DNA of 64,000 nt from an uncultured Poribacteria bacterium (GCA_951813565.1 OX638351.1:1504001-1568000), one strand, 5' to 3'. Counted from the stretch's first letter, positions 18,336-29,254 are shown. Numbers and translations are program-made. Notes: a model not told the origin generated them from the sequence alone.

Positions 18336-20537
18336 ATGGTTGTGTCCTTAATTAGTATTATATTACTTTGCCCGCTTGCTGCCTTCGCGATTTTTGCGCT
18401 ATTCGGGTTAGCAAAACGGAGTTTCCCGCGGCAAGACCTTTTGTCGACTGCAGCAATGCTGGTTGCCCTCGTCTGCTCTTTCCTCCTTTTACGAGAAGTT
18501 GTCCCCAAGCCAGAACCACACACTGTTAATTGGATTTCGCTTGGTGATGTCACCTTCTCGATGGGTTTTTACCTTGACAGCGTTACCGTGATTATGTTGA
18601 TTGTTGTTACGCTGGTGAGTAGTCTTGTGCATATCTTCTCTATGGGATACATGCATGGTGATCTGAGGTATCCACGGTTTTTCGCCTACCTTTCACTTTT
18701 CTCCTTTTCAATGCTATTTTTGGTAGTGTCGGATAATCTTCTCGGTATCTATATCGGTTGGGAACTTGTCGGTCTCTGTTCCTATCTGCTTATCGGTTTT
18801 TGGTTTGAAAAGGACTCCGCTTCGAATGCGTGTAAGAAAGCGTTCCTGACGACACGTGTCGGTGATGTCGGCATGTTCATCGGCATGATGATGTTGTTTG
18901 CTGAATTCAGAACGCTCTCTCTTTATGGAGATAGTGGTATCTTTGAGGCAGTGAGAACGTTAGAATCAGGACAAATATTATGGCTTTCTATTGCTGGTAT
19001 TCTCATTTTTTGTGGTGCTATCGGAAAATCTGCACAGGTGCCGTTGCATACATGGCTGCCTGATGCGATGGAAGGTCCTACACCTGTCAGCGCGTTAATC
19101 CATGCTGCTACGATGGTTGCCGCAGGCGTGTATCTCACGGCTCGGATGTTCCCAATTTTAACACCGAGTTCGTCTCTGGCAATCGCATACATCGGTGGGA
19201 TTACCGCACTTGTCGCTGCAACTATCGCTATTGTCCGATTTGATATAAAGCGGGTTTTGGCATACTCTACAGTTAGCCAGTTGGGATATATGATGTTGGC
19301 AATTGGTGCTGGGAGTTATGTTGCGGGACTTTTTCACCTTACGACGCATGCATTTTTTAAAGCGTTATTATTTCTCGGTTCGGGTAGCGTTATTCATGCC
19401 TTCCACGCTATGCATGCCCACCATGACGATGAACACGCAAACGATGCGGAACATGAACACGATAACCACAGTTTAGTTCATGAACATGGCTCCGAAATCC
19501 CACCTGACCAAGATATGCGGAACATGGGAGGACTCCGCAGAAAAATGCCGCTGACCTTTATCACTATGCTCATCGCAACGTTATCTATCTCTGGCGTGCC
19601 GTTCCTCTTTTCAGGGTTTTGGAGTAAAGATGCGATTTTAGGCGGTGTGCTTGGACAGGCAATGACATCACATTCACCACATTACTACATTCTGTTTGGC
19701 ATGGCACTAATTGCGGCGGGTATCACGGCTTTTTACATGTTCCGTCTGATATTCATGACCTTTTTCGGTGAACCGCGCAATCAGGAAATGCACGACATGG
19801 CACACGAATCCCCATGGGTGATGGTGGTGCCGCTCGTTGTTTTGGCGATACTGAGTTTTCCTGTCGTGAATACAATCTGGTTTAACGAAGACTATATTAA
19901 AAAGCCAGACCAACCCCATATTCAGACGCCGCAACATGCACAGGTTTTACCCGACACCAAAACAGGCGATGCGAATTTTGGGATCGCATTCTTCGGGATT
20001 TCCGAAGCGCACGCAGCTGAAGAAGAGGGTGGAAAAAACACAGAAAATGCAGATGATGCACATCATATACACAAACTTGCACATAATATCGCAATGGTGT
20101 TGTCTATCTGTGTCGCAGGTTTAGGCATACTACTATCTTGGCTGTTTTACCATAAACGAAGGTTCTCTGCCGAATCTGTTGCAACAACTTTTCGTCCGGT
20201 CTACAACCTATTTTGGAACAAATACTATTTTGACGAATTTTATGATGGCGTCTTAGTTGCGCTAACGGTGTGGAAGTCTCGGCTTTTTGCCAAATTTGAC
20301 CTTTCTATCATTGATGGTATCGTTAACGGTGTTGCAACGATAACACGTCAAATATTCGCAGCATTCATCGGCTTTTTTGATAATCGTGTCGTTGATGGGG
20401 TTGTCAACCGGGTAGCAGAGGTTACGTGGGCAGCTGGCGGCAGAATCCGAAGAATTCAAACAGGAGCCATACAAACCTATCTCTTTGTCGTTCTTGGCGG
20501 GATAGTGTTAATAATTTTGATTTTCCGGGCATTGTAG
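18336..20537 (+). CDS. nuoL: NADH-quinone oxidoreductase subunit L
   Basis: WELVGLCSYLLIGFW, GKSAQVPLHTWLPDAMEGPTPVSALIHAATMV, HAFFKALLFL. Confidence 0.96.
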   Translation: MVVSLISIILLCPLAAFAIFALFGLAKRSFPRQDLLSTAAMLVALVCSFLLLREVVPKPEPHTVNWISLGDVTFSMGFYLDSVTVIMLIVVTLVSSLVHIFSMGYMHGDLRYPRFFAYLSLFSFSMLFLVVSDNLLGIYIGWELVGLCSYLLIGFWFEKDSASNACKKAFLTTRVGDVGMFIGMMMLFAEFRTLSLYGDSGIFEAVRTLESGQILWLSIAGILIFCGAIGKSAQVPLHTWLPDAMEGPTPVSALIHAATMVAAGVYLTARMFPILTPSSSLAIAYIGGITALVAATIAIVRFDIKRVLAYSTVSQLGYMMLAIGAGSYVAGLFHLTTHAFFKALLFLGSGSVIHAFHAMHAHHDDEHANDAEHEHDNHSLVHEHGSEIPPDQDMRNMGGLRRKMPLTFITMLIATLSISGVPFLFSGFWSKDAILGGVLGQAMTSHSPHYYILFGMALIAAGITAFYMFRLIFMTFFGEPRNQEMHDMAHESPWVMVVPLVVLAILSFPVVNTIWFNEDYIKKPDQPHIQTPQHAQVLPDTKTGDANFGIAFFGISEAHAAEEEGGKNTENADDAHHIHKLAHNIAMVLSICVAGLGILLSWLFYHKRRFSAESVATTFRPVYNLFWNKYYFDEFYDGVLVALTVWKSRLFAKFDLSIIDGIVNGVATITRQIFAAFIGFFDNRVVDGVVNRVAEVTWAAGGRIRRIQTGAIQTYLFVVLGGIVLIILIFRAL

Positions 20538-20586
20538 TTGAAATACATAAAATACTGCCTGATGGGATAAGGAGGATTCCCACTAA

Positions 20587-22113
20587 ATGTTATTGTCTCT
20601 AATGATTTTTGTCCCATTGCTTGGGATGATCGTTGTTTTACTTCTACCGAGGGAGTCGGAAGAATTAATAAAACGCGTTGCGCTTGTATTTACGCTTATC
20701 CCGTTACTACTTGCAGTGTACTTATTCATAACCCACAACCAACCGGAACTTGCAAGGCTCTGGAAACAAGATGTTCCTTGGATTGAGACATTCAATATCC
20801 AGTATCATGTCGGTATTGATGGCTTAAGCGCAATACTGATACTCCTCACAGCCCTTTTGGGACCAATCTGTGTGCTTGCCTCTTGGCGCAATATTGAGAA
20901 GGGCATTAAGGCATATATGGCGTTGTTCCTGTTGCTTGAAACAGGGATGCTAGGCTTTTTCGCTGCGCTGGATCTGTTCCTGTTCTTTGTCTTCTTTGAA
21001 CTGACACTGCTACCGATGTATTTCCTGATCGGTGTGTGGGGCGGACCACGCCGAGAATATGCTGCTATCAAATTCTTTCTCTATACGCTCTTCGGCAGTG
21101 TACTGATGCTGGTAGCAATCATAGCAGTGTATCTCAACAGTGGAGTACCAGGTGATCGAACATTTGATATTCCGACACTTATCACACTTGCTGGGACACA
21201 AGGACATGCTCTTGCCGATCCAGTCTTCCAACGTTGGATTTTCGCTGGGTTCTTTATCGGATTTGCCGTAAAAGTGCCGATTTTCCCCTTCCATACTTGG
21301 CTCCCGGATGCACACGTTGAAGCACCGACAGCAATTAGCGTAATCCTTGCAGGTGTCCTTTTAAAAATGGGAACTTACGGACTGGTGCGGATTAACATGG
21401 ATATGTTACCAGAGGGCATGGCGTTCTTCACTAATGGAGTCGGTTTTGTAGGGAACAGTCTTGCACTGCTTGGCTTTATTAATATTGTTTACGGATCCTT
21501 CTGTGCGTTAGCGCAAACCGATTTTAAGAAGTTGGTCGCCTATTCCAGTATCGGACACATGGGGTTTGTTATTTTGGGGCTTGCCGCAGGAAATGAAGTC
21601 GGTGTCACTGGGGCAATTCTCCAGATGTTTAATCACGGTGTCATTAGTGCGATGCTCTTCCTACTTGTTGGTGTCCTTTACGACCGTGCACACCATCGTG
21701 AAATTAACGGGTTTGGTGGTTTAGGAAATAGAATGCCAGTCTATATGGGTATCACAACGCTTGCGTTTATGGCATCTTTGGGATTGCCTGGCTTAAGCGG
21801 ATTTATTGGTGAAGCGTTTTCCCTGCTTGGTGCTTATGAGAGATTCCAAGTATTGACTATTCTATCAACAATCGGCATTGTGGTAGGTGCGGCATACTTC
21901 CTCTGGACACTTCAACGTGTTTTCTTGGGAACACTCAACCCTAAATACGAAGCGCTTCCTGAGATAAACGGACGTGAAATCTTGACTTTAGTACCGCTCG
22001 GAATCTTAACCATTGTCCTCGGTATTTGGCCCCACTTTGCAATTGAAATGTTCAGCGAATCCGTTACCGAACTCACTACTAAAATAATGAGCACACTTCA
22101 GGCGAGTCTTTAG
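20587..22113 (+). CDS. nuoM: NADH-quinone oxidoreductase subunit M
   Basis: KVPIFPFHTWLPDAHVEAPT, LLKMGTYG, LGLPGLSGFIGE. Confidence 0.96.
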   Translation: MLLSLMIFVPLLGMIVVLLLPRESEELIKRVALVFTLIPLLLAVYLFITHNQPELARLWKQDVPWIETFNIQYHVGIDGLSAILILLTALLGPICVLASWRNIEKGIKAYMALFLLLETGMLGFFAALDLFLFFVFFELTLLPMYFLIGVWGGPRREYAAIKFFLYTLFGSVLMLVAIIAVYLNSGVPGDRTFDIPTLITLAGTQGHALADPVFQRWIFAGFFIGFAVKVPIFPFHTWLPDAHVEAPTAISVILAGVLLKMGTYGLVRINMDMLPEGMAFFTNGVGFVGNSLALLGFINIVYGSFCALAQTDFKKLVAYSSIGHMGFVILGLAAGNEVGVTGAILQMFNHGVISAMLFLLVGVLYDRAHHREINGFGGLGNRMPVYMGITTLAFMASLGLPGLSGFIGEAFSLLGAYERFQVLTILSTIGIVVGAAYFLWTLQRVFLGTLNPKYEALPEINGREILTLVPLGILTIVLGIWPHFAIEMFSESVTELTTKIMSTLQASL

Positions 22114-22122
22114 GAGGAAGGT

Positions 22123-23619
22123 GTGGATTACTTAGAAAATATTGAAAGCCTTGCCTATTTCAGTCCAGAGATACTCCTTGTCGTCTTCGCAGCTGCTGTC
22201 ATTATTCTTGATTTATTTGTTAAAAATCGGGAAAGTGATAAGGTTGCATATCTTGCGCTTGTGGGACTCGGATGTTCTTTAATTGCTATTCTTATCACGA
22301 ATTCCATTCTCGGCACTAACGAATCAAAAAACCTTTTTTGGGGTATGATTCGGTTGGATGGGTTTGCCGTATTTTTCAAAATTCTTCTGTTACTGGCAAC
22401 CGCCGCAACGATTCTTTTCTCCCTCCGTTCCGAGGAACTTGATGCAAGATTGAAAGGCGAATACTATGCCTTGTTATTAGCCGTTACCTTCGGAATGTTT
22501 CTTATGGCATCGTCAACAAATTTGTTGATGATTTTCATTTCGTTAGAAACGGTCAGCCTTACCTCCTACATTCTCGCTGGGTTTTTGACGCATAGCCCAC
22601 GTTCAAGCGAAGCAGCGTTCAAATACATCACTTATGGTGCCGTAGCATCTGGAACGATGCTGTTTGGTTTAACCTTCATTTTCGGCATGACGGGAACAGG
22701 TGACCTTACCACAATTGGTCAGCAGCTTCCAGCGGTCCTTGCTTCAGGTGAAGTAACTGCACTCGGCGTACTGATTGCGATAACTTTCATTCTCGCGGGT
22801 ATAGGTTATAAAATTGCTTCAGTCCCCTTCCACATGTGGTCACCAGATGTTTACGAAGGTGCGCCTATTCCGATTACTGCGTTCCTATCTGTCGCCTCAA
22901 AAGCCGCGGGATTCGCTCTGTTCCTTAGGTTTTTCTTCTCAGGATTTGGCAATTCAGAAGTTATGCAATCTATTGACTTAGGATTGTTATTAGCGATAGT
23001 TTCCGCACTCACAATGACTATCGGAAACCTCGCCGCCCTACCACAGCGTAACGTCAAACGTCTATTGGCATATTCAAGTATTGCCCATGGCGGTTACTTG
23101 TTGATGGGTGCTGTCTTGCTGACTAATGGGGATACTGCCCTTGTCAACAAGGGAATTAGTGCGATCCTCTTTTATCTTATCATCTACCTTTTTATGAACC
23201 TCGGAGCCTTTTATATTGTTGTTCTGGTTGCTAATGAATCGGGTAGTGAAATGATTGAAGGCTACCGTGGACTCTCGTCTCGATCGCCCTTAGTCGCAGG
23301 TGCGATGGCAATTTTCCTCTTCTCGCTAACAGGGATTCCACCTCTTGCCGGTTTCTTTGGGAAATGGGTGCTGTTTACCGCGGTTATTGAAGGAAATTTA
23401 TATTGGCTTGCGTTTGTTGGATTGTTAAACAGTGTCGTTTCTCTCTACTACTACGCTCGTATTGTCAAGGCGATGTATCTTGAATCTGCTGAGGATACGG
23501 AGCGTGTTTCCTTTTCTAAAGACACCTTTGTCTTGTTGAGTGTCTTTGTTATCCCAACAATTCTCATCGGATTTTTGAATATTTTCTACTCCCTCTCAGA
23601 AAAGATTACACTACAATAA
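22123..23619 (+). CDS. nuoN: NADH-quinone oxidoreductase subunit N
   Basis: EAAFKY, KIASVPFHMWSPDVYEGAP, KRLLAYSSIAH, GIPPLAGFFGK; GTG start after AGGAGG. Confidence 0.96.
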   Translation: MDYLENIESLAYFSPEILLVVFAAAVIILDLFVKNRESDKVAYLALVGLGCSLIAILITNSILGTNESKNLFWGMIRLDGFAVFFKILLLLATAATILFSLRSEELDARLKGEYYALLLAVTFGMFLMASSTNLLMIFISLETVSLTSYILAGFLTHSPRSSEAAFKYITYGAVASGTMLFGLTFIFGMTGTGDLTTIGQQLPAVLASGEVTALGVLIAITFILAGIGYKIASVPFHMWSPDVYEGAPIPITAFLSVASKAAGFALFLRFFFSGFGNSEVMQSIDLGLLLAIVSALTMTIGNLAALPQRNVKRLLAYSSIAHGGYLLMGAVLLTNGDTALVNKGISAILFYLIIYLFMNLGAFYIVVLVANESGSEMIEGYRGLSSRSPLVAGAMAIFLFSLTGIPPLAGFFGKWVLFTAVIEGNLYWLAFVGLLNSVVSLYYYARIVKAMYLESAEDTERVSFSKDTFVLLSVFVIPTILIGFLNIFYSLSEKITLQ

Positions 23620-23630
23620 CATATAGCAGC

Positions 23631-23863
23631 GGGTATGTAAAGTTTTGTCATTAACCGTTGCTTTTTCTCGTTGGAGGGGTTTTCAACCCCACTGAATGCC
23701 ATACGCGCATTCAGTGTTGATTTGGATTCTCAATTGCCACAAGCCTGTTGGGCATTGACTTGGGTCTCTTCTGTAGGAGCGACCTCCTGGTCGCGACCAG
23801 GAGGTCGCTCCTGCAGAATCCGCGTAATCCGTAACAAACAAGTGACAAAAACTTTACACACCA
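23631..23863. mobile_element. MITE with GGGT(A/G)TGTAAA TIR and 9-bp target duplication TATAGCAGC
   Basis: tatagcagc|gggtatgtaaagttttgtca ... tgacaaaaactttacacacca|tatagcagc; carries REP palindromes. Confidence 0.8.
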
Positions 23864-23879
23864 TATAGCAGCAAATAGA

Positions 23880-23908
23880 TTGACAAACAGCGTCTATTTG
23901 GATATACT
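23880..23908 (+). promoter_or_regulatory. sigma70 promoter for tRNA-Gln
   Basis: TTGACA-17 bp-TATACT. Confidence 0.75.
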
Positions 23909-23923
23909 TAACACTAAGGTCAA

Positions 23924-23994
23924 TGCCCGGTCGTCTAATGGTAGGACGCATGGCTCTGGACCATGTAGTGAAGGTTCGAGTCCTTCCCGGGCAG
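23924..23994 (+). tRNA. tRNA-Gln(CTG), CCA not encoded
   Basis: Acceptor tgcccgg/ccgggca, anticodon arm catgg-ctCTGga-ccatg, T loop ggttcgagtcc. Confidence 0.95.
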
Positions 23995-24052
23995 TCATTT
24001 ACTGACAGAACAACTATTTACTTACGTAGTGTTACAACCAGAAAGGAAACAA

Positions 24053-24487
24053 ATGGAACGGGTAGAAACTTCTCCAGATGAGTATATTGCAAACCAAGAA
24101 CCAGAAATTAGGACGGTTTTAGAGGAACTTCACACGCTGATTAGAACCGCCTTGCCAGATCAAGACTACTGTATGTGGAAAGGTGTTTTTTGGGGTGGGA
24201 GTGAACAGCAAATCATCGGCTACGGCAATTTTTCTTACGTGCGTTCTGATAAGAAGCAAGTTGAATGGTTTCTTGTTGGGTTGGCACGACAGAAGAATTA
24301 CTTCAGCGTGTATGTGAATGCAGTTGAAGGGAAACAATACTTAGCTGAAATCTACAACTCCCGACTCGGTAAAGTTAAGACCGGCAAAAGTAGCGTCAGT
24401 TTTCGGAACTTGGAAGATGTTAATCTTGATGTGTTACGTGAGATGATTGAACACGCAGGAAGAATAACAACTGAAAGCGAATCGTAG
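24053..24487 (+). CDS. DUF1801 (YdhG-like) domain protein
   Basis: RBS AAGGA before ATG 24053; IIGYG..Y, W..VGLA.QKNYFSVY, LGKVKTGKSSV.F. Confidence 0.8.
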   Translation: MERVETSPDEYIANQEPEIRTVLEELHTLIRTALPDQDYCMWKGVFWGGSEQQIIGYGNFSYVRSDKKQVEWFLVGLARQKNYFSVYVNAVEGKQYLAEIYNSRLGKVKTGKSSVSFRNLEDVNLDVLREMIEHAGRITTESES

Positions 24488-24533
24488 ACATCAAGCAGTG
24501 AAACAGCACTTTTGAAGAAACCCAATATCATAA

Positions 24534-24605
24534 GCCGCTATCGTCTAGGGGTCAGGACGGATGGTTCTCAGCCATCAAACCGGGGTTCGAATCCCCGTAG
24601 CGGTA
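24534..24605 (+). tRNA. tRNA-Glu(CTC), CCA not encoded
   Basis: Acceptor gccgcta/tagcggt, anticodon arm gatgg-ttCTCag-ccatc, ggttcgaatcc. Confidence 0.95.
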
Positions 24606-24700
24606 TTTCTATCCATAAGGGCGGGAGTAAATTACCTGCCCTTTGTCTTAACGCGTCAATCCTTCTTAACTTGTACTCCCACACATTGGAGAATGCACAC

Positions 24701-26764
24701 ATGCAAGATACCTCTGAACACACCAACCGCCTCATCCATGAAACAAGCCCTTATCTACTCCAACACGCACACAACCCTGTTGATTGGTATCCGTGGGGTG
24801 AAGAAGCGTTGGAACTTGCCAAACGCGAACAGAAACCTATTTTGTTGAGCATCGGTTACTCTGCCTGTCACTGGTGTCACGTGATGGAACGCGAGTCCTT
24901 TGAAAATGAGGAGATCGCAGCGGTCATGAACAAACTGTTCGTAAACATCAAGGTAGACAGAGAGGAACGCCCCGATTTAGATGAAATCTACATGAACGCT
25001 GTCCAAGTTATGACTCGCCACGGCGGTTGGCCAATGACTGTTTTCCTTACCCCAGATCTGAAACCTTTTTACGGTGGCACCTACTATCCGCCTGAAGATC
25101 GATACGGCAGACCTGGGTTTCCAAAAGTGATGAGCGCCGTTGCAGAAGCATTCAGTGAAAAGAACGCACAAGTGCTGGAACAAGCAGATCAAATCACGAC
25201 GCAGCTCAATCAGATGAGCAATCTTGTGGATCCTCATGAGCATGAACTTACTGAAGAACTGATGAACAAAGCCTTCCAACATTACCGTTCCCAATTCGAT
25301 TCGCAATACGGTGGATTTGGTAATGCTCCCAAATTTCCACCCAGCATGGGACTTCCCTTTCTGCTACGTTATTGGCATCACAGTGGTAATGCGAATGCCT
25401 TAGAGATGGTCCAACTCACTTTGCAGAAGATGGCACGCGGCGGTATGTATGACCAACTCGGCGGCGGTTTCCATCGATACTCCACTGATGCTCACTGGCT
25501 TGTCCCACACTTTGAAAAGATGCTTTATGATAATGCCCAACTTGTTGTCGCTTATTTTGAAGCATACCAAGCCACGCAAAATACTTTCTATCGGAACATA
25601 GCCATTGAGACGTTAGATTATGTGCTGCGCGAGATGTATGACGTTGAAAATGGTGGTTTTTATTCTACACAAGATGCGGATAGTGAAGGGGTAGAGGGTA
25701 AATTTTTCGTCTGGGAGCCTTCCGATGTGGAAGATATCATCGGTGAAGAAAACGCTGAAATTTTTTGCGAGTATTATGACATCACACCGCACGGCAATTT
25801 TGAAGGTGAGAACATTCTACATGTCCAAACACCACCGGACATCTTTGCACGAAAATTAGGAATGGATCAAGATGAATTGGAATCGCTTCTGGCAGACAGC
25901 AGACAGAAATTGTTTATAGAACGAGAAAAACGGATCAAACCCGGTCTTGATGATAAAATCCTAACCAGTTGGAATGGCATCATGATACGCGGTATGGCGA
26001 TGGGATACCAATTGACTGGAAATCCTGAATATCTTATCGCCTGCGAAAAATCTGCCGAGTTTGTTTTAACGACACTCTCCCAAGATGATGGGCTTTTGTT
26101 GCGTACCTACCGTGCTGGTAAAAGCCATCTCAACGCTTATCTTGAAGACTATTCCTATTTCATAGCAGGTTTAATCGCGCTTTATGAAGCGAGTTTTGAA
26201 CCGAGATGGCTCACTGAGGCTGAACGTCTTGCACATATCATGATTGAGCAGTTTGGAGATGAGTCTGGGGATGGATTTTTCTTTACAGGGAAAGCACATG
26301 AATCGCTCATCGTGCAATCCAAATCCGCTTATGACGGTGCTACACCTGCTGGGGCATCTATGGCAATCCACAGTCTGTTGCGACTCGCGAAACATCTGGA
26401 CAAACCGGAATTTCACGACACAGCGGTAAAGACGTTGAAACTCTATTTCCATCAGATGGATGTGATGCCTTCAGGTTCAGGTCAGCTGCTCTGTGAGTTA
26501 GCATTTCTGTTGTCAACGCCGAAAGAAATTGCTATAATTGGCAAAAAAGCGGATACAAAAACGGAAGCGATGTTAGCGGTGTTGCACGGGATGTATCTGC
26601 CCAACAAAATCGTTGCTTTAAGTGAACCGACTAAGGAAACAACGTTACCACTTCTGGCAAACAAACCGCAGATGGATAACAGTGCTACGGTGTATGTCTG
26701 TGAAAATTATGTTTGCCAAGCTCCTACAACTGAGGTTGAGGCATTTGTAGAAATGCTTCAGTAA
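24701..26764 (+). CDS. thioredoxin-domain protein, YyaL/SSP411 family
   Basis: [43 protein letters not shown]; start placed at 24701 because the longer ORF overlaps the tRNA. Confidence 0.92.
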   Translation: MQDTSEHTNRLIHETSPYLLQHAHNPVDWYPWGEEALELAKREQKPILLSIGYSACHWCHVMERESFENEEIAAVMNKLFVNIKVDREERPDLDEIYMNAVQVMTRHGGWPMTVFLTPDLKPFYGGTYYPPEDRYGRPGFPKVMSAVAEAFSEKNAQVLEQADQITTQLNQMSNLVDPHEHELTEELMNKAFQHYRSQFDSQYGGFGNAPKFPPSMGLPFLLRYWHHSGNANALEMVQLTLQKMARGGMYDQLGGGFHRYSTDAHWLVPHFEKMLYDNAQLVVAYFEAYQATQNTFYRNIAIETLDYVLREMYDVENGGFYSTQDADSEGVEGKFFVWEPSDVEDIIGEENAEIFCEYYDITPHGNFEGENILHVQTPPDIFARKLGMDQDELESLLADSRQKLFIEREKRIKPGLDDKILTSWNGIMIRGMAMGYQLTGNPEYLIACEKSAEFVLTTLSQDDGLLLRTYRAGKSHLNAYLEDYSYFIAGLIALYEASFEPRWLTEAERLAHIMIEQFGDESGDGFFFTGKAHESLIVQSKSAYDGATPAGASMAIHSLLRLAKHLDKPEFHDTAVKTLKLYFHQMDVMPSGSGQLLCELAFLLSTPKEIAIIGKKADTKTEAMLAVLHGMYLPNKIVALSEPTKETTLPLLANKPQMDNSATVYVCENYVCQAPTTEVEAFVEMLQ

Positions 26765-26934
26765 TGTACCTGCAAAAATGTTGTGGAATATTTTGATAAA
26801 ACCTTGAATTGATAGAGGCATTCATCCAAATTACCTCGCAATTAACCAATTCTATTCTCAATCCTAATTTACAACATCTATGTATTAGCATAGCCTGAGA
26901 TTCAGACAATAAAATTCGCTTTCTTGAAATAAAT

Positions 26935-26963
26935 TTGACATATCACATTTAGCAATATACAAT
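26935..26963 (+). promoter_or_regulatory. putative sigma70 promoter in the AT-rich region upstream of the ATPase gene
   Basis: TTGACA-17 bp-TACAAT. Confidence 0.55.
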
Positions 26964-27270
26964 TAAACATTGTAATAATTATTTCGAAGGTGAGAAATTA
27001 TTTAGCAACTAAAGACAAAAGTGCCCATGCAGATTTCTTTTTTAAAGTGGAATTTATCGCCAAATAAACCTATGAGTATTCAAGGTTGCAATTTTAATAC
27101 ATCTTCGGTAAAATATAATCATAAACATTCAAGGTAAATTGGCAATTATGGTTTTATACCTAACTTCCGCGATTTGCAAGTGCAATTATTAACTTGGAAC
27201 GCTTTTTCCAAGTTTCTATAAAAGCGAAGATTTCTGGCGATGGTACGATGATAATTGTGGAGGTAACAAT

Positions 27271-28665
27271 ATGAGTCTTACAGTACATTTAAAAAACATC
27301 GGAATTTTAAAACAGGCAGATTTTTCGTTGGGTGATTTGACTATCATTTGTGGTGAAAATAACACTGGCAAAACTTACGCAACCTACGCTCTGTACGGTT
27401 TCTTAGAGTCTTGGCGTAAATTTATTGATATTCCGATTGACGATGATCAGATCCACAATTTACTGAAAGATGGTGCCCTTAAGATTAATTTAACAGAATA
27501 TGTCAAAATAGCAAATCAGATGCTTGTAGAGGCATGCCAAAGGTACCCTGAGCAATTGGATAAAATTTTTGCAGCCTCTGAAGGCACGTTTCACAACAGT
27601 GAATTTCGCATTGAGCCAAGTACAATTCACTTGCAAGATCACGGATTCAAGGGCGAAGTAGGGGTCAATCAAGAACCGTTTGTTATCTACTCAATGGAAA
27701 AAGAGAGTGAAGAACTAATATTCACTTTAGCAGTTGATGGAAAGAGAGAAAGGAGAATTGACTCTATTTTTGCAAAGGATACCATGAGTTTTATAATTGG
27801 TGGTGCGGTTTTCTCTAACTCTTTTCCGAGAGCTTTTATTTTCTCAGCCGAGAGGACCGGAGTCGCTATTTTTCGCAAGGAACTCAATTTTGCTCGGAAC
27901 CGATTATTTGAGGAAATGGGACGAGTAGATGAAAAAATAGATCCGCGAGAATTGCTATTCAAAGCGTACCAAAGTTACCCTGAACCAGTAGAAGACAACG
28001 TCAACTTTACCCGCCAACTTGAAGATATTGGGAAAAGAAAAAGTTTCATCGCTAAAGAGTTCCCTGAAATCTTGGAAGACTTTGCGGACATTATTGGGGG
28101 CGAATATGTCATTACACAAAACGACCAGCTCTATTATATTCCCAAAGGCACGCGTTCAAAACTGACAATGGTTGAAAGCTCAAGCTCTGCACGCGCCCTC
28201 TTAGATCTCAGTTTTTATCTCAATTGTATTGCGGAGAAAGGCGACCTACTGATGGTAGATGAACCCGAATTAAGTCTGCACCCCGAAAACCAACGCCGCA
28301 TCGCCAGACTTTTCGCACGGCTCGTAAATTTGGGCGTTAAAGTCTTCATCACAACCCATAGTGATTACATTGTCAAAGAACTGAATACACTTATCATGCT
28401 TAACCACGACAAACCGCATCTAAAAGCAATTGTCGAAGAAAACGGCTATCAGGAAAATGAGTTAATAAAGGCAAAACAGGTTAAAGTGTACGTGGCAGAA
28501 AAAGCGTTAATGCCGTTAGAAGAAGGGCAGAAAAGACGAAAAAAGGGACACACACTCGTGCCAGCTAAGATTCATCCAAAGTTCGGCATTGAAGTCACCA
28601 GTTTTGACAATACGATTGACGATATGAACAGGATTCAGGACGAAATTGTGTGGGGAGAAGAGTAA
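27271..28665 (+). CDS. ABC-type ATPase (AAA_15/AAA_21, OLD/AbiEii-like)
   Basis: GENNTGKT, SSS signature, LLMVDEPELSLHPENQ, ITTHSDY. Confidence 0.85.
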   Translation: MSLTVHLKNIGILKQADFSLGDLTIICGENNTGKTYATYALYGFLESWRKFIDIPIDDDQIHNLLKDGALKINLTEYVKIANQMLVEACQRYPEQLDKIFAASEGTFHNSEFRIEPSTIHLQDHGFKGEVGVNQEPFVIYSMEKESEELIFTLAVDGKRERRIDSIFAKDTMSFIIGGAVFSNSFPRAFIFSAERTGVAIFRKELNFARNRLFEEMGRVDEKIDPRELLFKAYQSYPEPVEDNVNFTRQLEDIGKRKSFIAKEFPEILEDFADIIGGEYVITQNDQLYYIPKGTRSKLTMVESSSSARALLDLSFYLNCIAEKGDLLMVDEPELSLHPENQRRIARLFARLVNLGVKVFITTHSDYIVKELNTLIMLNHDKPHLKAIVEENGYQENELIKAKQVKVYVAEKALMPLEEGQKRRKKGHTLVPAKIHPKFGIEVTSFDNTIDDMNRIQDEIVWGEE

Positions 28666-28669
28666 CTTC

Positions 28670-29239
28670 GTGAATGATATACAGATATTGAAGGAAATGC
28701 TGAATCCTGATGCTCAAGTTATGTTACAACAAGGACAAGGTAGACCTTCTGTGGAATTAACGGACTCACAATCTGGCACAACTGTAGAAGTAAAAGGGGT
28801 ACCTCCTGACTCTGTTGTTATCAAAGCAGACCTTTTTAAAGGCCCCTTTCCTATCTTTAATGAAGATTTAGAGGATATCCGCAAGCGCGCTGATTTTGTG
28901 ATTGTGTCCATTGATGAGCGTGGAAAAAAGTGGGTTATCTATATTGAAACTAAAGGTGGGAATAAACCAAAAAAAAGAATTGTAGCACAATTAAAAGGTG
29001 CCAAATGTTTTATCAGTTACTGCAAATGTATTGGACAATCGTTTTGGGAATCAGAAGAATTTCTTGATGGTTATGAGTACCGATTTGTAAGCATTGCAGA
29101 CCTTAACTTTAACAGAAGCAGGCGAAGAACGCAACCCTTTCATTCCGTAGGAGAATTGCACAACCGTCCTGAGGTTTATCTGAAAATTTCACGGATCACT
29201 ACTATCTATTTTCGTAAGTTAATTGATTTCGTGTCATAA
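28670..29239 (+). CDS. hypothetical protein, possible PD-(D/E)XK-type nuclease partner of the ATPase
   Basis: RADFVIV...YIETK...QLKG motif; GTG start 4 nt after the ATPase stop. Confidence 0.55.
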   Translation: MNDIQILKEMLNPDAQVMLQQGQGRPSVELTDSQSGTTVEVKGVPPDSVVIKADLFKGPFPIFNEDLEDIRKRADFVIVSIDERGKKWVIYIETKGGNKPKKRIVAQLKGAKCFISYCKCIGQSFWESEEFLDGYEYRFVSIADLNFNRSRRRTQPFHSVGELHNRPEVYLKISRITTIYFRKLIDFVS

Positions 29240-29254
29240 AAACTCTTTCCCCTC

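Noticed and set aside
23924..24605. Prophage or integrative element at the tRNAs
   Set aside because: No integrase and no duplicated tRNA 3' end were seen.
24512..24700. N-terminal extension of the YyaL-like ORF
   Set aside because: It overlaps tRNA-Glu; family similarity begins near 24701.
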